Source of the DNA: Negaprion brevirostris
Lineage: Eukaryota
Length of the DNA: 64,000 nt
Assembly (NCBI GenBank): GCA_030324005.1
Contig: JARDVH010000097.1
Coordinates: forward strand, 61,245,278-61,309,277
Direction of reading: 5' to 3'
The translations under genes and the position numbers were made by a program. The stretch's first letter is position 1, and each line of letters opens with the position of its first letter. The notes beneath the pieces are model-generated. The model did not search any database. It was not told the DNA's origin and saw nothing but the letters and a program-made list of their open reading frames with translations. This document shows positions 50,641 through 61,349 of this stretch, piece after piece.

Positions 50641-50770
50641 ATTGCAGATCGTGCCAATACTGTCAAAGCATGTGAGAGACGTGGGGATGAAACAACAGCA
50701 GGATCCATCACCAAGTACAAGATAACACTGTGGGGAACCTACAGGCATGGGGTCCCCAAAAGGGAGGAAG
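50641..50770 (+). CDS. Exon completing the convertase P-domain (3' end uncertain: donor after 50770, or in-frame stop at 50776-50778)
   Basis: Strong acceptor tttttttctttcAG, phase 0. Encodes IADRANTVKACERRGDETTAGSITKYKITLWGTYRHGVPKREE, which aligns with the P-domain end (furin-like GTLTKFTLVLYGT). Followed by AAG|GTacat, or by read-through GGT ACA TGA. Confidence 0.88.
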
Positions 50771-50812
50771 GTACATGAATCTCACCACGCACATAAATAG
50801 TAGAGAGACGAT

Positions 50813-50910
50813 GGCCCTGATTTTACCGGCACGGCTGCCCGAGGCTCTTTAGATTGCCCTCAGGCCTATGGGAACACCGTTCTGCAAGCCTCACTGGTAA
50901 AATCAAGGCC
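50813..50910. mobile_element. 98-bp MITE
   Basis: TIRs GGCCCTGATTTTACCGG and (reverse complement) GGCCTTGATTTTACCAG match at 15/17. The same terminus occurs at ~63210. Confidence 0.75.
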
Positions 50911-51141
50911 AATGAGTTTTCATAAACAACTTGGAAGCTGAAAAGTTAAATGCTGGGGATAGAATCAGTTTTGTACAATCAATATATTTATGTAGATATA
51001 TGCAGCTTATGGGGAGATATGCAGAGANNNNNNNNNNNNNNNNNNNNNNNNNNNNNNNNNNNNNNNNNNNNNNNNNNNNNNNNNNNNNNNNNNNNNNNNN
51101 NNNNNNNNNNNNNNNNNNNNNNNNNNNNNNNNNNNNNNNNN

Positions 51142-51450
51142 GTGGCACAGCGGTTAGAACAGCTGCCTCACAGTGCCAGGGATCCGGGTTCAATTCTGGC
51201 CTCAGGTCACTGTCTGTGAGGAGTTTGCGCATTCTCCCTGTGTCTACGTGGGTTTCTCCGGGTGCTCTGGTTTCCTCCCACAGTTGAAAGATGGGAGGGT
51301 TAGGTTGATTGGCCATGCTAAATTAACCTAGTGTCAGTGGGCTTAACAGGGTAAATGTGTGGGATTATGGGGATAGGGCCTGGATGCGACTGTGGGTGTT
51401 GTAGACTTGACAGGCTGAATGGCCTCCTTCTGCACTGTCGGGATTCTAGT
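51142..51450 (+). mobile_element. HE1-type SINE
   Basis: gtggcacagcggttag...ccgggttcaattc head, core, and ggctgaatggcctccttctgcactgt CR1-like tail. Confidence 0.88.
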
Positions 51451-51987
51451 CTATATCTTCATCGGGCAACGTACAGAAGCTGCTAATATGCAACTAAAAA
51501 CAAATCCACAATAATGAATTATAATTAACATATCATTTATCTCAATTATATTTAACTTATTCTTTATAAAAGTGATAGAAATGCAAACAACTGAATTTTA
51601 CTGACTCTATCTCTCCAACTTTAAATGCTACAGAGATGACAAGGCAGGAGAAATAATGTGGAGACACCAATCACCAAAACCACACCTTCAAAGTAAAGAT
51701 AGGCTGTGTGGATTAATTCTTTCTATATTAGTTTTCTCATCAATCCTGGGTCAAGGAAATACCACCACTCAACAGTAATCGTTTTATCATTTCTGTTAGA
51801 TTATTCAAAAATTTAAAGCAAGATTTTAATTTTTGGCAAATAATTCAAAGTGGCTGGGGAGAAATTGCTTCCACTAACTTACTGGAAACCTGGGGAGGTA
51901 ATCTAAATAGGTATCTATTAAAATAATTGCCAAAATAATCAAGGGGAATGAGGAGTTTATTTTTTATTCAGCGAGCTGTCACAAGCT

Positions 51988-52283
51988 AGAATCATAGAAT
52001 CCTACAATGCAAAAGGAGACCATTCAAGTCTGCACCGACCACAATCCCACCCAGGCCCTATTCCCCATAAACTCATGCATTTACCTGAGCTAGTCCCCTA
52101 ACACTAAGGGGCAATTAGCATAGTCAGTCCACCAAATCTGCACATCTTTGGACTGTAGGAGGAAACAGGAGCACCTGGAGGAAACCCATGCAGACACAGA
52201 GAATGTGCAGACTCCGCACAGACCATGACCCAAGCCAGGAATGAAGTGCTGTGAGGCAGCAGTGCTAACCACCGTACCACTGT
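51988..52283 (-). mobile_element. HE1-type SINE
   Basis: tagaatcatagaatcc tail through ctgtgaggcagcagtgctaaccac head on the reverse strand. Confidence 0.88.
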
Positions 52284-52797
52284 CATAGTCACATTTTCAC
52301 CATCATGAGAAACAGCAACATCTGACACTAGTTTTTGCAGCTCGTGTATTCTAAAAAAAAGGCTCACCTGGACTAATTGCCTGGATGAGAACTGGCAGAT
52401 TTCAGTTGAGTCCTGATCCAAGGTGCTATTGAGGTGTGCATCAGGTGAATCAGTTGTGATTGCCACACTGAAAGATTTGCACATGGAACATCTGATTTTG
52501 AAACACGTTCTCTGGGCTGCCACTGAGGTGGCCTGCATGCCTCCTACAACCATCTTCTTCATTGTTTTGCCAATTGTGAGGCATGGACTACTTCAATTTA
52601 CTCACTATATGCAACATGAAAAGGGGCAGCTGGAAGTTGGAAAGCAGGGGGAGTATTCAAGTTGTCACAGTCCATATCAGAACTTAGGTAGGACCAGGGA
52701 GAAATTCCAACTTAGATTCATTGGGAGTTAGGAGCAAAACCAAAAGAAGCAGAGCTCCAAGATAATAATCTCTGAGTTATTGGCCAAACCACATGCA

Positions 52798-53390
52798 ATT
52801 GATTTGATTTGATTTATTATTGTCACATGTATTGGGATACAGTGAAAAGTATTGTTTTTTGCACGCTCTACAGAGAAAGCATATTGTTCACAGAGTACAT
52901 AGGGGAGAAAGAAAGGAGAAGGTGCAGACATAATGTTACAATCATAGCTAGGATATGGAGAAAGATCAATTTAATATATGGTAGGTCCATTGAAAGACAG
53001 CAGAGAAGAAGCTGTTTTTGAGTCAGTTGGTATGTGACCTCAGACCTTTGTATCTTTTTCCTGATGGAAGAAGGTGGAAGAGAGTGTGTCCAGGATGCAC
53101 GGTGTCTTTGATTGTGCTGACTGCTTTTGCAAGGCAGCGGGAAGTGTAGACAGTGTCAGTGGATGGGTTTGTGTGATGGACTGGGCTATATTCATGACTT
53201 TGTAATTTCTTGCGATTTTGGACAGAGCAGGAGCCATACCAAGCTGTGATACAACCGGAAAGGATGTTTTCTATGGTGCACTTGTAAAGGTTGGTGTGAA
53301 TCAGAGTGGATATGCCAAGTTTCCTCAGCCTTCTGAGAAACTAGGGGCATTGGTGGGCTTTCTTAACTAAAGCGCCAGCATGGAGGGACC
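52798..53390 (-). mobile_element. Rex1/Babar-like LINE 3' end
   Basis: (GATTT)n tail at ~52800; reverse-strand remnants such as V.NIAQSITQT.. and agaaagcccaccaatgcc..tagtttctcagaaggctgaggaaa (K..Q.L.FLRRLRK). Confidence 0.65.
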
Positions 53391-53699
53391 AGGATATGCA
53401 TAGAGAAGAGCAAATTAGGAGAGTTAACATGGCCTAGTGTGGAAAAGAAATGTTTCTTTTCATAAGGCACCGGCATCAGTATTGAGACAAGGAAGAGCTG
53501 TACACATTGGACAGCTCCACCCCAGCCAGAATAGGCCAGCTTCCTAAAAGAAAAGGAAAACAAGTCGTTAAACTAGGAAGATGGTGGTGAGGAATCGACA
53601 TGAATTGAAACAGAAAAGGAAGGCTTTGGACAGACTAAACTAAGGGACAAGGTAAATGACCAATGACTAGATAGAACTGTGGAACAGAAATGGAAAAAA

Positions 53700-55200
53700 A
53701 GATTGTTAAAAATAAAGCGAGAAGAACTGCTATTAAGATGAGTGAAACTGCCTATGAAGCACTACACACAATGTGTGTAATAAAACAGGAGAACTGGAGG
53801 AGGTAATACATTGAGGAATCAAGTATAGTAGAGACATGGCTACAGAAAAATCAGCACTGGAAATTAACATTTACAGGGTGGAATGTGGAGGGGTGGGGTT
53901 GTTGTAATTAGTGATAATATAATGCATCATCAGTAACAAAAAATAAATTTGGAAGTGATAAAAAAAGGATCAATCGCACTAATAGAGGTAGTTTACAGAT
54001 CACCAAATAAAGAAAGGTGGAAGAAGAAATATGCAAACAAATTAAGTTAAGTGAGTGAAAAAGTAATTATCATAGGAAATTTTAACTACACTAAAATTAA
54101 TTGGCCAGAAGAGGAATGTAAAGGGATAAAGGAATAGAATTCCAAAAATATATAAAGGAGCATTTTCTAACCCACTGTGTAGAAATCTAACAAGGAGGAT
54201 GGAGAATGGACCACAGAGAGGTAAANNNNNNNNNNNNNNNNNNNNNNNNNNNNNNNNNNNNNNNNNNNNNNNNNNNNNNNNNNNNNNNNNNNNNNNNNNN
54301 NNNNNNNNNNNNNNNNNNNNNNNNNNNNNNNNNNNNNNNNNNNNNNNNNNNNNNNNNNNNNNNNNNNNNNNNNNNNNNNNNNNNNNNNNNNNNNNNNNNN
54401 NNNNNNNNNNNNNNNNNNNGAAAAAATGTATTCTGCTAAAAAGAGAGAACAAGTTAAACACTCCTGAAACATCATAGATGGCAAAGGACATCAGAAAAAG
54501 TACAGCAGAGAAAAGCAAGACAAGGGAGAATGTGCAAAGATTAGAAAGAGAAGTCAAAGGAAAGCTAGGAAAGCAAAGAGGAACATTCACGCAAATTTAT
54601 CAAAAAATATAAAACTAAATAAAATATTCTGCAGGTACAGAAATGAAATAAGGATATTTAGGGTGGAAATAGGTCCACCAATTGGAATGGACTGGATAAA
54701 ATCGCAGGCAGTGATAATGAAATGGCAAAAATATTAGAAAATTATTTTGCTTTGGTATTTCCAAGGGAAACAGATAAGGTGAACATTGCATCAGAAAATG
54801 AGATTAGAAGTTCTCTCACCACATTTAACATTCTGAAGAGGAGAAACATTAAATAAACTAATTATATTCAAAGACAGTAAAATCCTTGGTCGGGATGGAT
54901 TTCACCTGTGTATTTTGAGAGAATCTTCGGAAGAGAGCACAGAATTGTGAATGGTGTAGTGCCAGAAGACTGGCAAGTGGCTAGTGTTTATATATTTATT
55001 TAAGAAGGGAGATAGAACATAATTGGGGAACTGAAGACCAGTAGTATGAAAAATAATGGGATCCCAAAAAAGAAGAAAATAAAAAAAATCTAGAAACCTA
55101 AAAAATGTTAACAAGAATAGTAAGCATGGATTTCAAAAGGGAATGTTTTGTTTGACCAACCTCCCTGAACCTTTTGTGGAGGCAAAAGATGAGGGTGATG
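53700..55200 (+). mobile_element. Degenerate CR1 LINE (endonuclease to RT)
   Basis: ETWL, VYRSP, IIGNFNY, GRDGFH, PEDWQVA.V...FKKG and KHGF..G.FCLTNL motif remnants; A-rich + strand. Confidence 0.72.
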
Positions 55201-55821
55201 CAGTGGCTTAAAGAGTATGCGGAAAGAAGTGGTTTTAATTCATGGGGCATATTCACCTGAACTGAAGAAAGAAAGAATTGTGCCATTATGATGAGATCCA
55301 CTTCAGCCAGGCTGGGATCAGAATTAGCAATTTGTATGACTGGAGATATGGATCAAAATTCTAGTACCTGCCTGTCCCATGGAATTGGAGTGGGCAAGGG
55401 GAGGACAACAGCAATGTCCATTGACTTTGAGGGGTATTTCCCCTCTTGCTCGGGCGAGGCCATAAAATCCCACTTACAGATAGGGCTTTTAAACTAATGA
55501 AGGGGGAGAGGGGTCAGATTAAGGGGAAGTTAGAAATCTAAATGGAGAGTTTGAAGCAATAGAGCAGTGCAGTGATTTGGAGTTGGCTGGAAAGGAGCTA
55601 AACAGTAATAGCCCAACCTCCCTCCTTAGAAAAAAGTCTATGCAAAGAATAGCAATAAGAAAAGAAAACTAAAGGTTCTTTATCTGAATATAAATAGTAA
55701 GACCCCATACAAATATATTCAAAGAAGAAGAGTAAACAAAGTAATTATTGGTGTCTTAGAGGCAGAGACAGAAAGAAATATGGGAAATGTGGAAATAGCA
55801 GAGACATTAAACAAATATTTT

Positions 55822-56386
55822 GGACTGAATTTTTCCGAACCCGCCAGTGGCAGAACTCCTTCTGTTCCCCTCCATTATATGTGCACTCTGCCATATATGG
55901 AGGCTACAAGCTCATTGCAGAAGGTCTTCCTAAACACAGGGATTCATGTCGCAAAGAGGTGGGTGCAGTTATATAAGGCCGCTTTAGCGACCATATTAAT
56001 CAAGCGGAAGGGCTTCTGCTCCATTTTGCATGATTTGCTGGGTGAGACTCTAGTTTAACACTTAATGCTGTATAGCCCAGTGAAGATGCCTCAATCTTGA
56101 GGCAGTCTTGTGAGTTCCTGACCTGTTGCATGAGCACCCAGTGGGGCTGCGCAGGACTAAGAGCTGCTACTGAATCAGCAACATCTGCCCTTTGGGCAGC
56201 TTGTAGTTTTCTGGCAGGCTTTTTTCAAGAAAAAATTGGAACCACGAAGCTGCCCAAAGATGAGAAGCAGCCGTTCAGAAAATAAGAATGTTCATGGTCA
56301 TAAAAATAGTAAGTGTCACCTCCAATTATTTTAGAGCCAATTGGATTCTGTGCAGGAGTGGGGAGAGGAAGACATGACGTAGGGGC
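55822..56386. mobile_element. Probable TIR element inserted in a CR1 remnant
   Basis: Begins GGACTGAATTTT at an abrupt break in CR1-like sequence (55480-55821) and runs into an N gap. Confidence 0.35.
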
Positions 56387-58050
56387 NNNNNNNNNNNNNN
56401 NNNNNNNNNNNNNNNNNNNNNNNNNNNNNNNNNNNNNNNNNNNNNNNNNNNNNNNNNNNNNNNNNNNNNNNNNNNNNNNNNNNNNNNNNNNNNNNNNNNN
56501 NNNNNNNNNNNNNNNNNNNNNNNNNNNNNNNNNNNNNNNNNNNNNNNNNNNNNNNNNNNNNNNNNNNNNNNNNNNNNNNNNNNNNNNNNNNNNNNNNNNN
56601 NNNNNNNNNNNNNNNNNNNNNNNNNNNNNNNNNNNNNNNNNNNNNNNNNNNNNNNNNNNNNNNNNNNNNNNNNNNNNNNNNNNNNNNNNNNNNNNNNNNN
56701 NNNNNNNNNNNNNNNNNNNNNNNNNNNNNNNNNNNNNNNNNNNNNNNNNNNNNNNNNNNNNNNNNNNNNNNNNNNNNNNNNNNNNNNNNNNNNNNNNNNN
56801 NNNNNNNNNNNNNNNNNNNNNNNNNNNNNNNNNNNNNNNNNNNNNNNNNNNNNNNNNNNNNNNNNNNNNNNNNNNNNNNNNNNNNNNNNNNNNNNNNNNN
56901 NNNNNNNNNNNNNNNNNNNNNNNNNNNNNNNNNNNNNNNNNNNNNNNNNNNNNNNNNNNNNNNNNNNNNNNNNNNNNNNNNNNNNNNNNNNNNNNNNNNN
57001 NNNNNNNNNNNNNNNNNNNNNNNNNNNNNNNNNNNNNNNNNNNNNNNNNNNNNNNNNNNNNNNNNNNNNNNNNNNNNNNNNNNNNNNNNGGGGGAGGGGG
57101 GGGGGAGGTATAGTAATGGGGTGTTGGCAAGTTGGGAAATGGTGTAGATAGGGTTATCACTTTTAAATATTAGTGCCACAAAACAATATACTGTCCATTT
57201 CTCAAAATTCTCTTTTGAATTTAAACCAACTAAGAAACTGCCATCTAAGTTTTCATTATGTCCTGAATTAGACACAATTCTGACAATATGCTGTGTTGAT
57301 GTACCAGAGACTTCAGAATCTTGGGCCTCATCAAAATAAATGGCGGAAACTAAGATCCAAGAGTAATGCAAAACACGGTGTGAACTCACTTTTGCCCATT
57401 TTATTACTGTAAATAAGTCTGGGAATGAAATCCCTATTTGTCACAAAAAGATGGGTTAAAGAAAGGTTTTGCAAATCTCTACTCCATCCTTGATCCACCC
57501 CACCCTGCACCATCCCTTTTAAGATCCAGCAGAGGATGGTTTGGGTGGGACTAAAATTTCTTCAGTGATGAAGATTCCGATCATCTATTGTAACTTCAGC
57601 AAAAAGCTTCAATTGGAATTCTGGAGAAGCAGCATAAAGGGCTTTTATTCTTTATAGAAACCCAATTCTGTGATTTAAATGTTTCTGGAAGTTATTTCTC
57701 TCAAGGTATTGCTGTCATACTTATTTTGTTGTTGGAATTTTTTATTAGTTACATTTTTTCACTTTAGGTGATACAGTGTACAGCAGAATTTGTATGACAG
57801 CTTCTGGGGTACATGGAAATAATCCAGTTCTTGAGTTCAGACTGTGCTGAGCTTTTGCACCATGTATCATTCTTCTCCGAAAAATTCAGATCAACAATTC
57901 AGTCTTCAAGTCTCAGGTTTTTGTTCTATCTGGGAGATGGGAAGCAGATGGGAACGTACAGCTGTGCTTTATGTTCGACTCCTGTTTCTTTTTCTCATAT
58001 TCTCAAGTTCTGATATGAAATTTTTTAGCTATATTTCTTAAAGGCTTCTG

Positions 58051-58332
58051 ATAGGTTAGCACTGCTGCCTCACAGCAATAGGGACCTGGGTTCAATTTCT
58101 AGCTTGGGTCACAGTCTGTGTGGAGTTGCACATTCTCTCTGTGTCATCCTCTGGGTGCTCCAGTTTCCCCCCACAGTTCAAAAGATGTGCTGGTTAGGTG
58201 CATTGGCCAGACTAAATTCTCCCTCAATGGATCCGAACAGTTGCCGGAGTGTGGTGAGTAGGGGATTTTCACAGTAACTTCATTGCAGTGTTAATGTAAG
58301 CCTACATGTGACATTGATAAATAAACTTTAAA
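58051..58332 (+). mobile_element. tRNA-derived V-type SINE (alternative tail)
   Basis: Near-colinear with 17111-17392. Confidence 0.88.
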
Positions 58333-58339
58333 AAGTCAC

Positions 58340-59135
58340 CATTTAATCAGTTATTGAATAAGATCAGAGTTTGCAGAGTCAGTGGACAAGCAGGAGACAT
58401 TGCTAGCTGGTTTCAAGAAGTATAAAGTAGGAATAATGGAGAGTTATTCAGAGAAGCAGAAGGTGGAAAACGGAGTGCTAGAACAACCAGTGCTGGGATT
58501 ATTGTTGTTCATCATTTATGTTAACAGTTGGACAACGGAATCAAAAACACAATTTCAAAATTTACAGACAACACAACAGTGGTGGACTGAGGACGATTGC
58601 AAGAAAACATTGATAAATATGCAGAATGAACATAAAATTGACAAAAGAATTTCAGTATAGATTAGTGTGGCCAGTACAGTTTTCAAACAAAATAAGAAGG
58701 TTGCATATTTCTTGGAAAATAAGTGTCTAAATAAGGCAGAAGGGAGTTACAAATACTCAAATCACAAAGAACAGCAATCCAAGTTAATAAGACTTAAGAA
58801 CAAAATATAAGCATTAGGTTATATTTCTGGAGGGATAGAATTGAAAAGTCAAGACTTAAGCTAAATTTGTTTGACATCTTAGTAAGGTGATGTATAGATC
58901 TGGTCGCCCTAATATGAAAAGGAATAGAAGTTCTAGGGAGGATGCAAACATGATTTACAAAGATGATACCAGAACTGAGAGTTACAGCTGTCTGGATAAG
59001 ATGGGTTTTTTTCACTGGAAAAGGGAAAGTTGGAAGTGACTTAATAGAGGTCTTTAAAATTATGAAAGGTTTTGATAGCACAAATTGAATGTTTCCACTT
59101 CTAGGGAAGAGTATATCTGGAGGCCATCAATATAT
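58340..59135 (+). mobile_element. Degenerate CR1 LINE 3' portion
   Basis: VLGLLLFIIYVN (RT motif) and gacttaatagaggtctttaaaattatgaaagg (DLIEVFKIMKG). Confidence 0.75.
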
Positions 59136-59414
59136 GATTTGATGCCTGTGTTACCATTTTGGAACTCAACCCTCAAAATCGTTTCTTGGCCTCACACAGT
59201 CAAACTTGTGTACAGGGGCAGGAAGGTCATGCACCAATACTGATACCAATAGTAGGTTAAATACTGATTAACTTTAACTGCCTGTTGTTGTGACAGGTGA
59301 AACATTTGATGGTTTCTACACTGTTTAAATTTACTAAAGTCTACAAAGCATGCCATGGCATATAACTCTGACTCTGGAGAGTTGAGCTCTAAAATGGTAG
59401 CACAGGCATTCAAT

Positions 59415-59570
59415 CTCTCCCTCCCTAACAGCACTGTGGGTATACCTACACCACATGGACTGCAGCGGTTCAAGACGGCAGCTCAGCATCACCTTCTCAA
59501 GAGCATTTTGGGATGGGCAATAAATATTGGTCTAGCTAGTGATGTCCAATCCCATGAACAAATAAAAGTC
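59415..59570 (+). mobile_element. LINE 3' tail fragment
   Basis: ctccctccctaacagcactgtggg...ctgcagcggttcaag...gggcaataaat. Confidence 0.8.
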
Positions 59571-59864
59571 TAAGCTTCTGTGCCTGTTCCCTGCCAACTA
59601 ACTCCTCCTGCTGCCTCCAGTTTGCAACACTTGCTCTGCAAGAAAGAAAGAAGTTGTGAATGCGGTTGGGGAATGTGACACTTTTGAATGAATAACTGTA
59701 AGTGTGTGCAAGCTGTGAAATGTGGGTGTGAAGATTGCTACAAAAGTTAAGTGTCTGAGGGCGAGGTGAAGCTATGAATGTTAGGTTCGAGTTGTTGGTA
59801 GGTGAGTAATGGGACTGTAGTCAGTTTATGCTCGTGATGCAGCTGGCCAGATTTGTACATTTGA

Positions 59865-60110
59865 AACTGCATTCACTGATTGTGACCATTTGTGTATGAG
59901 ATCATTGAACTTCATGTAGCACTGCACCAAGTCCTTGGGGCTAGAATGCAAACGTTGACTAAAAGACCTGTCTGCTTCCTTTGCTTTTGCACAGGCTGTC
60001 AGAGACCACCTATCCCAAATGGGGCCCTAGTTTGCTCCTCTTTCCATCTTGTCCACCAAGGCGTTCAATGTAGCATCAGAGAACTTTGAAATACACTTTT
60101 TGCCTGGTTT
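59865..60110 (-). mobile_element. Myb/SANT-like DNA-binding ORF remnant (Harbinger-associated)
   Basis: Reverse translation gives SKFSDATLNALVD and QCYMKFNDL, resembling PRFS...LE.LV...QCRKKFNDL; frameshifted. Confidence 0.5.
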
Positions 60111-60884
60111 TGTGTCCATTCAGTGTTTTTGCTCAAACTTTCTTCTGAAAACAGTTCCAGCACTTGAAGCAGATTGGACCTACCCTTTAAGAAGTGCAGG
60201 TTGGTTTCAAGTAGTACAGGCCCCCACTGAACAAGCACATATTTGGCTGCATATAGCTATCAAGCAAATTTGCAGGTAGCATGAAGTTTGCATGCTGTCT
60301 GAACTGCAATCAATAGGCATGGGTTAATTACACATTGCAATACCTGCTACCTTTTTCTGGCCTGTCAAATTTCAGAGCCTCAATACTTGTAAACTTGATT
60401 TTGTTCAATATCATAAACTACTCTTTGTAAAATCATATCACTGAAATCTCACATTTAAAATGCTAGAAGTGTATAATGGTTGTTGCATTAATGTGAGCCC
60501 CATTAACTTCTCTTGAACCATCTTGATTATTTGGCATTCTGCCATAGACCAGGTCTTCAGGGTATTGCTTCTGTCATCTGCAAAGGAGAGATTAATACTA
60601 TATAAAAAAACAGAGATACTCTAAATTAATGAATTGGCAAAGGTAAAAGAGACATGGATGCTGCCAGGGAAACTGTCAGGTATATATCCACAGTGTGTTT
60701 GGTGTTTCTCTTTGACAAACCTTTGGGATCGCACCCTAACACTTCCCCTCATTACCCCTGCTGTTTCACATCCATGGTGTTGTTTTCCTTAAAGTAAAGT
60801 ATGTTGTGATGTCTCCCTCGTAAGAAGAACACTATAGACACTCCAAATCGTTCCTTAAGTGCTTGGCATCACAAATGCCTACTT

Positions 60885-61241
60885 TTTTTAATTCATTCAT
60901 GGGACATAGGTGTCGCTGGCCAGCATTTATTGCCCATCCCTAGGTGCCTTTGTTCAGAGGGCAGTTAAGAGTCAACCACATTGCTGTGGCTCTGGAGCCA
61001 CATATAAGCCAGACCAGGGAAGGATGGCAGATTTCTTTCCCTAAAGGATATTAGTGAACCAAATGGGTTTTTCCGATAATCAATAATAGTTTCAGGATCG
61101 TCAGTAGATTCTTAATTTCACGTTTTTTTATATTGATTTCAAATTCCATCATCTGTCATGGTGGGATTTGAACCTGGGTGCCCACAACATAAACTGAGTT
61201 TCTGGATTAATAGTCTAGCGATAATACCACTAGGTCATTGC
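60885..61241 (-). mobile_element. tRNA-SINE with LINE-derived tail
   Basis: Reverse complement of the 25308-25590 family, near full length. Confidence 0.82.
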
Positions 61242-61349
61242 TGAAGAGTCTTCCTTTATAGTATGCATGTATTTTTTCAGATCCAGTTGCTCATTTTGGT
61301 GTTCCCAATAAAGTTGGTGATGTGCAGCCAGTTGTAAGATGTAGCACGT

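Noticed and set aside
56225-57389. Longest ORFs in the track (266-352 aa)
   Set aside because: Artefacts of translating through a ~700-bp N gap; the same applies to the ORFs spanning the other gaps.
57768-57850. Candidate downstream exon after ttttttcactttAG (phase 1: GDTVYSRICMTASGVHGNNPVLEFRLC-stop)
   Set aside because: No recognisable homology; cannot be supported without transcript data.
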